DNA of 11,130 bases from a virus. Within the stretch, counting starts at the first letter, position 1; each line of letters begins with the position of its first letter. Where the stretch lies: the UHGV virus genome UHGV-0057427; one strand, written 5' to 3'. Below, piece after piece: positions 1 through 6,425 of the stretch. The translations under genes and the position numbers were made by a program. Under the pieces are notes generated by a model. It saw only the letters and a program-made list of their open reading frames with translations. It was not told the DNA's origin and made no database searches.

Positions 1-747
1 GTACATCTCGCAGATTTGTTTATGAGTACGACCATCCTGCACACACATCAGGCGAATTTCGTTTGCCCAGGCTGCCCAGTTCGGTTCTTTGGGACGAACC
101 ACCTCGCCGTCACATTCGGCGGCATGCTCGTACAGGGCGATGATTTTTTTCCAGAGCCACTGTGCGCAGGTCAAATCATCCTGCGTCCCCCACTGGCGCT
201 TTTTAGGGCTGAATACAACCGCATCAGGATGGCAAGTTAAAAAATCCTGTTCAGCCGTCTGCGTGTCCGGTTGCGAAGCGTCCGGACGAGAAGTTTTTTT
301 ATCTGACGGATCATGTTTTGATTTTACTGACGGATCCCCACCAGATTCTGACGGGTGAAAACCCGCTTTTTTGCCAGATTTCGACGCATCAAATTTTGAC
401 GGGTCAGATTTTGATGCGTCAGATTTTGACGGGTCAGAATCTGACAGTTGAGAAAATGCCGCTGCCTGAAGCTTCGCAACGTTAAGCTGATAAACATTCG
501 ACGCATTGCGGTTACCCTGGCGACGCGCCCTACGCGTTAACCAGCCTTCTGCTTCCAGCCGTGCGATAGCCGTTCTGACGGTACTCATCCCCGCGCCAAT
601 CTGGCGGGCAATGGTTTCAATTGATGGCCAGCACACACCTTCGTCATTACTGAAATCAGCCAGGCGGGCCATAATTGCCACGCTGGATAATTTCATGCCT
701 GATGCAGCGCAACCATCCCATACATAGCCGGTTAATTTAGTGCTCAT
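1..747 (-). CDS. Phage replication initiation protein, lambda O-like (N-terminal 249 codons; C-terminus off the left edge)
   Basis: Not in the ORF track because no stop lies in the window. I translated the minus strand by hand from ATG at 747-745 and found no stop through nt 1: MSTKLTGYVWDGCAASGMKLSSVAIMARLADFSNDEGVCWPSIETIARQIGAGMSTVRTAIARLEAEGWLTRR..., an HTH-like N-terminal domain followed by an S/D/P/K pentapeptide-repeat linker encoded by the 15-bp iterons. SD-like AGAGGT lies 4 nt upstream. The position after cro and cII matches lambda O. Confidence 0.6.
   Translation of the reverse strand, partial: MSTKLTGYVWDGCAASGMKLSSVAIMARLADFSNDEGVCWPSIETIARQIGAGMSTVRTAIARLEAEGWLTRRARRQGNRNASNVYQLNVAKLQAAAFSQLSDSDPSKSDASKSDPSKFDASKSGKKAGFHPSESGGDPSVKSKHDPSDKKTSRPDASQPDTQTAEQDFLTCHPDAVVFSPKKRQWGTQDDLTCAQWLWKKIIALYEHAAECDGEVVRPKEPNWAAWANEIRLMCVQDGRTHKQICEMY
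301..450. repeat. Candidate replication origin iterons: five contiguous 15-bp direct repeats (376-450) plus three degenerate copies (301-360), inside the O-like gene
   Basis: Units 376-390 agatttcgacgcatc, 391-405 aaattttgacgggtc, 406-420 agattttgatgcgtc, 421-435 agattttgacgggtc, 436-450 agaatctgacagttg; degenerate copies around 301-315, 320-336 and 344-358. In lambda the ori iterons lie inside the O gene (established knowledge). Confidence 0.6.
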
Positions 748-756
748 GACCGACCT

Positions 757-1095
757 CTATTTCCCTGAATTTACGACGAAACTGTTCGAGCGGGCTGAAG
801 CACTCATGCTCATAGCCTTCGCGGAGGTAGATAACACGTTGTGTTTCCGGCTCCCAACGAATGACTCTGACGGGCACTCCGTAGTGATCTTTGAACCAGC
901 GGTTAACTTGTCGCAAAGGACTGTCTCCTTCTGCCGGTTGAAATCACCCACAGCCCACTCTGCAAAGCTGTGGGTTACAATTTCCCTGTCACCTGGTACA
1001 TTTACTGCATAGCAATACTCCACCTTCGCTTTTCCACCCGGTACAGGAAGCGCAATCAGTTGCGAGCGACGGTAGTGTGTTGTTAAACTGTTCAT
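757..1095 (-). CDS. Hypothetical protein (112 aa) between the CII-like and O-like genes
   Basis: ATG at 1095-1093 overlaps the TGA stop of the upstream CII-like ORF (ATGA coupling), same strand as the cro-cII-O operon. Composition is unremarkable and S/T-rich at the C-terminus; no motif recognised. An antisense plus-strand ORF (740-1012) also exists, so coding status is uncertain. Confidence 0.35.
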   Translation of the reverse strand: MNSLTTHYRRSQLIALPVPGGKAKVEYCYAVNVPGDREIVTHSFAEWAVGDFNRQKETVLCDKLTAGSKITTECPSESFVGSRKHNVLSTSAKAMSMSASARSNSFVVNSGK

Positions 1096-1655
1096 GCGTT
1101 AGTTTCTCCACAGTCACGACACGCCACGGCGCCCGGAGCTGCACACTCGCGGGCGTCATTACTTTCTGAAATGCAAAAAATTTTGTAGACCAGTGCTGCA
1201 TGCTCCTGCAGCTTCGAAATTGAGAGGTACAGCTCGTCGTTAATTGCTGTCTTCTCATGCGGTTCCACTACACCGTCTTCAATTGCTGAACGAATCTGTT
1301 TTGAATAACTGCCGATCTGTTCAATGACTTCCAGCAGGCGCTGGTTAATATCGGCGTTGTCCACATCCTCGACGTCAGGAAGAGACACAAAGACGCCATT
1401 TGCAGACTGCGCCACAGCATCAGCAATGAAGTGAGTGCCACCAGCACGCTGTAAAACCATTGCCCATCCCAGCGGGAAAATCTGATCGCCATCTGCACGA
1501 AGGCGGTTGAATAAAGCGTTTTCTGTTACATCGAGCCAATCAGCCGCTTCAGCGTAACCACCCGGCAACGCCGCGATAGTTTTTCTGACAGCTTTCACGT
1601 ACCACTCAGGCTGTTTTTCTATTTTCCAGTGATGCTTACCCACGATTAGCCTCAT
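1092..1655 (-). CDS. Phage regulatory protein at the CII position (CII-like/YdaT-like), 187 aa
   Basis: Intact ORF directly downstream of the cro-like gene and upstream of the replication gene, same strand, stop overlapping the next start. Assignment is positional; I cannot confirm family membership without an HMM search. Confidence 0.45.
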   Translation of the reverse strand: MRLIVGKHHWKIEKQPEWYVKAVRKTIAALPGGYAEAADWLDVTENALFNRLRADGDQIFPLGWAMVLQRAGGTHFIADAVAQSANGVFVSLPDVEDVDNADINQRLLEVIEQIGSYSKQIRSAIEDGVVEPHEKTAINDELYLSISKLQEHAALVYKIFCISESNDARECAAPGAVACRDCGETNA

Positions 1656-1686
1656 CGTTCTGTGGTTAAAAATTGAAAGTGTTCTG

Positions 1687-1887
1687 CTAATCTTTCGGAT
1701 AGATATCCGGTCTTAAGTCAGATTTCGTAATTGCACCTGACGTGCATTGCTCAAGTTTTTTAGCCAGCACAAAACTGGCTTTTTTATAGCCATTGAAAAC
1801 CAGCCGTAAGTAGCCAGGTGTTGAGCCAACTTTTCCGGCCAACTCGCCCTGCTGTTCTTTGGTTAAAGAGTCCCAATACGCTTTCAT
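1687..1887 (-). CDS. cro: Cro-like HTH transcriptional regulator (66 aa)
   Basis: The track ORF 1687-2190 has a long low-quality N-terminal extension; the internal ATG at 1887-1885 is preceded by GGAGGT at good spacing and gives MKAYWDSLTKEQQGELAGKVGSTPGYLRLVFNGYKKASFVLAKKLEQCTSGAITKSDLRPDIYPKD, a typical small Cro/YdaS-type HTH. It is divergent from the CI gene across an operator-containing intergenic region. Confidence 0.65.
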   Translation of the reverse strand: MKAYWDSLTKEQQGELAGKVGSTPGYLRLVFNGYKKASFVLAKKLEQCTSGAITKSDLRPDIYPKD

Positions 1888-1977
1888 ACAATATGTACCT
1901 CCGATGTACATATTACATGATTGAAATGAACCTTCAAGATACTTGTACCTTAACGGTACAAGGGTTTTAATTTCGTT
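1888..1977. promoter_or_regulatory. Divergent cI/cro promoter-operator region with two 21-bp palindromic operators (1892-1912 and 1942-1962)
   Basis: 1892-1912 TATGTAC-N7-GTACATA and 1942-1962 CTTGTACC-N5-GGTACAAG are perfect inverted repeats; both put two GTAC cores 11 bp apart (one helical turn). They lie between divergent repressor and cro-like genes, as OR does in lambda. Confidence 0.6.
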
Positions 1978-2652
1978 ATGAAAACAATCCATGACATCCG
2001 GCGGTCTAACGCCAGAAAACTGAGAGATGGTGTTGGCGGGAATTCTTCCTTTGCCACTATGATTGATCGCGAGCCAACCCAGACCAGCAGGTTTATGGGA
2101 GATGGTGCTACTAAAAATATCGGTGACAGCATGGCACGACACATAGAAAAATGTTTCGACCTGCCTGTCGGATGGCTCGATCAAGAACACCAGACAACGA
2201 ACATCACAAAAAAACCTGATGTTTCAATCACTAATAAACAAATCACATTAGTCCCTGTCATATCATGGGTACAGGCCGGAGCATGGAAAGAAGTTGGATA
2301 TTCTGAGGTTGATTTGAGCACAGCAGAAACGTATCCCTGCCCTGTACCCTGTGGGGAAATGACTTATATCTTGCGGGTGATAGGTGATTCAATGATTGAT
2401 GAGTACCGCCCGGGAGACATGATTTTTGTCGATCCTGAAGTACCTGCCTGCCACGGTGACGACGTTATTGCATTGATGCACGATACAGGTGAAACCACCT
2501 TCAAAAGGTTGATAGAAGATGGGACACAGCGTTATCTCAAAGCGTTAAACCCAAACTGGCCTGAGCCTTACATTAAGATCAACGGTAATTGCTCTATAAT
2601 TGGAACTGTGATTTTCTCAGGAAAACCAAGAAGATACAAAATCAAAGCTTAA
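1978..2652 (+). CDS. cI: CI-type phage repressor, N-terminal HTH plus C-terminal S24 (LexA-like) autopeptidase domain, 224 aa
   Basis: C-terminal half aligns by eye with lambda CI (TFKRLIEDGTQRYLKALNPNWPEPYIKINGNCSIIGTVI versus lambda [36 protein letters not shown]), with the GDSM serine motif and a downstream Lys. No SD precedes the ATG at 1978, consistent with a leaderless PRM-type transcript. Confidence 0.88.
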   Translation: MKTIHDIRRSNARKLRDGVGGNSSFATMIDREPTQTSRFMGDGATKNIGDSMARHIEKCFDLPVGWLDQEHQTTNITKKPDVSITNKQITLVPVISWVQAGAWKEVGYSEVDLSTAETYPCPVPCGEMTYILRVIGDSMIDEYRPGDMIFVDPEVPACHGDDVIALMHDTGETTFKRLIEDGTQRYLKALNPNWPEPYIKINGNCSIIGTVIFSGKPRRYKIKA

Positions 2653-2666
2653 TCAATGTTTATGAA

Positions 2667-2687
2667 CCTGCTTCGGCAGGTTTTTTT
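2667..2687 (+). terminator. Rho-independent terminator after the CI gene
   Basis: CCTGC-ttcg-GCAGG hairpin (2667-2680, UUCG tetraloop) followed by seven T (2681-2687), 15 nt after the cI stop at 2650-2652. Confidence 0.8.
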
Positions 2688-2691
2688 ATAC

Positions 2692-2724
2692 TTGACAATG
2701 TACCTTTGAGATACATAATGTACC
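2692..2724 (+). promoter_or_regulatory. Sigma70-type promoter (TTGACA-16-CATAAT) overlapped by GTAC-core operator-like sites, reading rightward
   Basis: TTGACA at 2692-2697, CATAAT at 2714-2719. The palindrome ATGTA...TACAT (2698-2716) and a second AATGTACC (2717-2724) share the GTAC core of the cI/cro operators. No plus-strand ORF follows; the downstream gene is on the opposite strand. Confidence 0.45.
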
Positions 2725-2802
2725 CAAGAGAAACAACAAACAGGCAGGACGCCCACGAAGTATCCGCCTGGGGCATATGAAGTCCAGGATGATTCGTTAG
2801 CA

Positions 2803-2830
2803 ACAAAAAAGCGCCCTACAGGACGCTTAG
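2803..2830 (-). terminator. Rho-independent terminator of the minus-strand zinc-ribbon gene (possibly bidirectional)
   Basis: On the minus strand: AAGCGUCC-UGUA-GGGCGCUU stem-loop (one G-U pair) followed by UUUUGUUG, about 40 nt after the TAG stop at 2867-2869. Confidence 0.65.
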
Positions 2831-2866
2831 CTCTTTAACAATCTGGATATCCACAACAGTAGTAAT

Positions 2867-3358
2867 CTACAGATTGCCGTTAAGTTTTCTGGACAACTCC
2901 TCAATGGATGGAGGCGATACGTAATCCGGATTTTTATTCATCAGAAACTTATTTTCACAGTGGAGGCACCTGCTTTTATGAAAAAGCTCATCTTCGCTAA
3001 CCGGGAATGGTTGAAGTATCGATACTATCTTTTGTCCAAAACATTTTGGGCAAAGATGCATGGTTATGCTGCCACCGTTCACGATTACCTCCTTCGAGTA
3101 TACAAAAGTACCCGACTCAAGTTGGTTAAGGATATAGCCTTCCGTCTGAGCCTCAAAGTTTTCGAATTCTGCAATTTTAGCTTTGAGAGAAGCATTTATT
3201 TCTTGATAAGAGCCCACCAGTTCAACGAGAGACACGCATTCGCGCTGAATAGACGCAAGCTTTGAGTTTAGCTCACCAATAGCCGCATTTACTTCAGCTT
3301 GAGTTTTTGCCTCGTTCATTAGTTTTGCAATCTGGGCTGTTTCACGAATAGCCGTCAT
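2867..3358 (-). CDS. Coiled-coil protein with C-terminal CxxC...CxxC zinc ribbon (163 aa), unknown function
   Basis: The track ORF 2867-3646 begins with a P/R/G-rich artefactual extension. ATG at 3358-3356 gives MTAIRETAQIAKLMNEAKTQAEVNAAIGELNSKLASIQRE... (heptad-like helical N-half) then HLCPKC-x27-CLHC. A terminator follows. SD is weak and a GTG at 3382 is an alternative start. It sits in the slot between repressor and early-left operon, on the opposite strand to both. Confidence 0.55.
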   Translation of the reverse strand: MTAIRETAQIAKLMNEAKTQAEVNAAIGELNSKLASIQRECVSLVELVGSYQEINASLKAKIAEFENFEAQTEGYILNQLESGTFVYSKEVIVNGGSITMHLCPKCFGQKIVSILQPFPVSEDELFHKSRCLHCENKFLMNKNPDYVSPPSIEELSRKLNGNL

Positions 3359-3851
3359 TGCTGCCGTTAATTCAGCGATCACATTGAATACTCTTATTGT
3401 TGTTGGGGATATCCAGATTAACCGAATCCTTGTTGTTGGGGAATAACCAGGTCCACCTCGCCTGATGTGGCTAAAAGCAGGCACATAACAGCTAAGTATT
3501 TTCAACCAGAGAGAATCCTTAGCGTTGTGGTGAATGCGGCTCAGCGCACGCGGGTTAAGGTTGAGGCTGACAGTCGACCTTCTGTGGATACCCACCCGCC
3601 CGGGGTGCAACCTTCGCCAGGCACCGGGAGGCACCCGGCACCACAACTTTATGCTGTGTGTAGTCCTGGCGGTACCAGCTTGTACCCTTGCTTCCGGCTG
3701 GTACCGTCCTTTTTACAAAACAGAGAAGAGCATCACCGGACGACGGGCTCATAACCCAATCCATCCGGGCGGCTGCCACCGCAGGTGTTCTTCTCTGTTT
3801 TGTGGAGAAACCAACCGACCTTGCAGGGTCGATATGATGAGGAGCAGCAAA
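3359..3851. promoter_or_regulatory. Long GC-rich structured noncoding region between the divergent zinc-ribbon gene and the early operon (direct repeats, terminator-like hairpin, 15-bp long-range inverted repeat)
   Basis: Direct repeats ATTGTTGTTGGGGATATCCAG (3396-3416) and CTTGTTGTTGGGGAATAACCAG (3429-3450), with a third degenerate copy near 3512-3533. Hairpin GGTACCAGC (3671-3679) / GCTGGTACC (3697-3705) followed by T5 (3710-3714). Perfect 15-bp inverted repeat ACAAAACAGAGAAGA (3715-3729) / TCTTCTCTGTTTTGT (3789-3803) enclosing 59 nt. ORFs here translate to low-complexity P/G/R-rich sequence. Confidence 0.5.
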
Positions 3852-4214
3852 ATGGCTAGCGAACGCAGTACTGATGTGCAGGCATTTATCGGGGAGCTGG
3901 ACGGCGGCGTATTTGAAACCAAAATCGGCGCAGTTCTCAGTGAAGTCGCTTCCGGTGTGATGAACACGAAAACCAAAGGGAAGGTCTCACTCAATCTGGA
4001 AATCGAACCGTTTGATGAGAACCGTGTGAAAATCAAACACAAACTCTCATATGTTCGCCCGACTAACCGCGGGAAAATTTCCGAAGAAGACACCACCGAA
4101 ACGCCGATGTATGTCAATCGCGGTGGTCGCCTGACTATTCTGCAGGAAGACTATGGACAAATACTGACTCTTGCCGGTGAACCTGACGGAAAACTACGCG
4201 CAGCAGGTCATTAA
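3852..4214 (+). CDS. Phage early protein, 120 aa (yfdP-like by position and size), unknown function
   Basis: The track ORF 3534-4214 is extended through the noncoding region; ATG at 3852 has GAGGAG 7 nt upstream and gives MASERSTDVQAFIGELDGGVFETKIGAVLSEVASGVMNTK.... It is the first gene of a co-directional operon. Confidence 0.55.
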   Translation: MASERSTDVQAFIGELDGGVFETKIGAVLSEVASGVMNTKTKGKVSLNLEIEPFDENRVKIKHKLSYVRPTNRGKISEEDTTETPMYVNRGGRLTILQEDYGQILTLAGEPDGKLRAAGH

Positions 4215-4279
4215 TATCGTTCTTAATAAACTGATTATTTATCTCATCACTGAATATCTTTATATAGTGAGGACTTATT

Positions 4280-5104
4280 ATGTCTCAGAACTTAGACGCA
4301 ACCGCAATTAATCAAATCCATGCCCTTATTTCTGCTCAGGGTGTTAATGAAATTATCAGTAAGATTGGTGCCGATGCTGTGGCATTGCCTGAGAATTTCC
4401 GCATTCATGATCTGGAAAAATTTAATTTAAATCGCTTCCGTTTCCGTGGTGCGCTTTCCACTGCCAGCATCGATGACTTTACCCGTTATTCTAAAGATCT
4501 TGCAGATGAAGGCACCCGCTGCTTTATCGATGCTGATAATATGCGTGCCGTCAGTGTGCTTAACCTGGGTACTATTGATGAACCAGGTCACGCAGATAAC
4601 ACCGCCACTCTCAAACTGAAAAAGACAGCACCGTTCTCTGCCCTGTTGTCTGTTAACGGCGAGCGTAACTCCCAGAAGTCACTGGCAGAATGGATTGAAG
4701 ACTGGGCCGACTACCTTGTGGGCTTTGATGCTAATGGTGACGCCATTCAGGCAACCAAAGCGGCTGCGGCGATCCGTAAAATCACAATTGAAGCGAACCA
4801 GACCGCTGATTTTGAAGATAATGACTTCAGCGGCAAACGCTCCCTGATGGAGTCTGTCGAAGCGAAGACCAAAGACATTATGCCAGTGGCATTTGAATTT
4901 AAATGCGTTCCGTTTGAAGGTCTGAAAGAACGTCCGTTTAAATTACGCCTCAGCATTATCACTGGCGATCGTCCTGTACTGGTACTACGCATTATTCAGC
5001 TGGAAGCAGTGCAGGAGGAAATGGCTAACGAATTTCGTGATCTGCTTGTTGAGAAGTTCAAAGACAGCAAAGTAGAAACCTTTATTGGTACTTTCACCGC
5101 CTGA
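4280..5104 (+). CDS. yfdQ: YfdQ-like prophage protein (274 aa)
   Basis: ATG with GAGGA SD; length equals my recollection of K-12 CPS-53 YfdQ (274 aa) and it is followed by an HD-domain protein of YfdR size. The assignment is by size and synteny, not by alignment. Confidence 0.6.
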   Translation: MSQNLDATAINQIHALISAQGVNEIISKIGADAVALPENFRIHDLEKFNLNRFRFRGALSTASIDDFTRYSKDLADEGTRCFIDADNMRAVSVLNLGTIDEPGHADNTATLKLKKTAPFSALLSVNGERNSQKSLAEWIEDWADYLVGFDANGDAIQATKAAAAIRKITIEANQTADFEDNDFSGKRSLMESVEAKTKDIMPVAFEFKCVPFEGLKERPFKLRLSIITGDRPVLVLRIIQLEAVQEEMANEFRDLLVEKFKDSKVETFIGTFTA

Positions 5105-5231
5105 TTTCATTACTGCAAATGCCCCTGCGGGGGCATTTATGGAAACGTAATTAACTCAATAATCACCGGATGGTGAGGGCATCCTTTTACCAGAATTCAG
5201 CGCGGTGCAGTGCATATACGTGGAGAACAAA

Positions 5232-5768
5232 ATGTCATTTATTAAAACTTTTTCCGGGAAGCATTTTTATTATGACAGGATAAATAAAGACAACATCGAT
5301 ATTAACGATATCGCGGTTTCCCTTTCAAATATCTGTCGCTTTGCAGGACATCTTTCACACTTCTACAGCGTCGCCCAACATGCGGTGCTTTGCAGCCAGC
5401 TGGTACCGCAGGAATTTGCTTTTGAAGCGTTAATGCATGATGCAACAGAAGCTTATTGTCAGGACATCCCCGCGCCACTGAAACGCCTTCTTCCTGACTA
5501 TAAACGGATGGAAGAAAAAATAGACGCCGTAATCCGTGAGAAATACGGGTTACCCCCGGTTATGAGTACACCCGTGAAATATGCCGATCTCATCATGCTG
5601 GCAACCGAACGCCGCGATCTCGGGCTTGATGATGGCTCTTTCTGGCCTGTACTGGAAGGCATCCCGGCAACAGAGATGTTCAACGTGATTCCACTGGCAC
5701 CGGGCCATGCCTACGGGATGTTTATGGAACGTTTTAACGAGTTATCGGAGTTACGCAAATGCGCATGA
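5232..5768 (+). CDS. yfdR: HD-domain phosphohydrolase, YfdR-like (178 aa)
   Basis: ATG at 5232 preceded by GGAGAA; protein contains H...HD motifs (AQHAVLCSQL...EALMHDATEAY) typical of HD-domain 5'-deoxynucleotidase-like proteins; length 178 aa matches my recollection of K-12 YfdR. The track start at 5205 lacks an SD. Confidence 0.7.
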   Translation: MSFIKTFSGKHFYYDRINKDNIDINDIAVSLSNICRFAGHLSHFYSVAQHAVLCSQLVPQEFAFEALMHDATEAYCQDIPAPLKRLLPDYKRMEEKIDAVIREKYGLPPVMSTPVKYADLIMLATERRDLGLDDGSFWPVLEGIPATEMFNVIPLAPGHAYGMFMERFNELSELRKCA

Positions 5769-6121
5769 ATGTTTTCGAAATGGAAGGGTTTCTTCGTGGG
5801 AGATGTGTACCGCGAGATCTCAAAGTGAATGAAACAGATGCTGAATACCTGGTGCGCAAATTCGATGCGCTTGAAGCTAAATGTGCGGCACTGGAAAACA
5901 AAATAATACCAGTGTCAGCTGAACTGCCACCAGCAAATGAAAGTGTTCTGTTATTTGATGCTAATGGAGAAGGCTGGCTGATTGGCTGGCGTTCTCTCTG
6001 GTACACCTGGGGACAAAAAGAAACCGGAGAATGGCAGTGGACATTTCAGGTCGGGGACCTTGAAAACGTCAATATCACTCACTGGGCAGTAATGCCAAAA
6101 GCACCGGAGGCTGGAGCATAA
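5759..6121 (+). CDS. Hypothetical prophage protein, 120 aa (yfdS-like by size and position)
   Basis: ATG at 5759 overlaps the yfdR-like stop by 10 nt, with GGAG 8 nt upstream; compact operon organisation. Confidence 0.5.
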   Translation: MRMNVFEMEGFLRGRCVPRDLKVNETDAEYLVRKFDALEAKCAALENKIIPVSAELPPANESVLLFDANGEGWLIGWRSLWYTWGQKETGEWQWTFQVGDLENVNITHWAVMPKAPEAGA

Positions 6122-6345
6122 TGACCACATTTACCAATAAAGAACTGATTAAAGAAATTAAAGAGCGTATCAGCAGCCTTGACGTGCGAGACGATATTGA
6201 GCGCCGTGCTTATGAAATCGCACTTGTATCTCTGGAAGTAGAGCCAGATGAACGCGAAGCCTATGAATTATTCATGGAAAAGCGTTTCGGTGACTTAGTA
6301 GATCGTCGGAAAGCAAAAAACGGCGATAACGAATACATGGCATGA
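6121..6345 (+). CDS. Small acidic hypothetical protein, 74 aa
   Basis: ATG overlaps the previous stop (TAATG); sequence MTTFTNKELIKEIKERISSLDVRDDIERRAYEIALVSLEVEPDEREAYELF is charged and helical with no recognised motif. Confidence 0.45.
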   Translation: MTTFTNKELIKEIKERISSLDVRDDIERRAYEIALVSLEVEPDEREAYELFMEKRFGDLVDRRKAKNGDNEYMA

Positions 6346-6425
6346 GATATGACTCTCAGCTGGGTTGTCTGTCAGCAACGCACTGGAATGAGTCTTTAAA
6401 CTGTACAACCGCTGGAGGGTCAGCA

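Noticed and set aside
301-450. CRISPR array
   Set aside because: Repeats are 15 bp, tandem without spacers and lie inside a coding region; they are iterons.
324-506. 60-aa minus-strand ORF with TRQNL repeats
   Set aside because: It is an alternative frame through the 15-bp iterons inside the O-like gene; the repeats create the periodic peptide artefact.
16-727. Plus-strand ORFs 16-240, 89-358 and 506-727
   Set aside because: Antisense to the uninterrupted O-like reading frame (1-747, minus), which has a convincing HTH-like N-terminus and SD.
740-1012. Plus-strand 90-aa ORF overlapping the 112-aa minus ORF
   Set aside because: No SD and no promoter context; the start arises from a CATG shared with the O-like start. 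The minus ORF has translational coupling to the upstream gene. Not fully excluded, since neither product is recognisable.
1888-2190. N-terminal 101 codons of track ORF 1687-2190, and ORF 1950-2144 (-)
   Set aside because: They run through the operator region and into the antisense of cI; the SD-preceded ATG at 1887 gives a normal 66-aa Cro-like protein.
2960-3265. Plus-strand 101-aa ORF antisense to the zinc-ribbon gene
   Set aside because: F/L/K/R-rich composition typical of the reverse frame of a coiled-coil gene; the minus-strand product has paired CxxC motifs and a terminator.
3581-3589. DnaA-box-like TATCCACAG (minus strand)
   Set aside because: A single 8/9 match is expected by chance in 11 kb on two strands; no cluster of boxes.
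3467-3779. Track ORFs 3467-3754(+), 3534-3851(+ N-terminal extension of the early gene) and 3555-3779(-) inside the GC-rich region
   Set aside because: Translations are P/G/R/H-rich low-complexity sequence without SD sites; the region is better explained as structured noncoding DNA. The real early gene starts at ATG 3852 behind a GAGGAG SD.
5117-5138. Hairpin AAATGCCCC-tgcg-GGGGCATTT between the yfdQ-like and yfdR-like genes as a terminator
   Set aside because: No U tract beyond the stem and the genes look co-transcribed; at most an intra-operon stability or attenuation element.
6342-6425. Upstream extension of the excisionase-like ORF from ATG 6342
   Set aside because: The extension is not protein-like and lacks an SD, whereas ATG 6426 has GGAGGG at ideal spacing.
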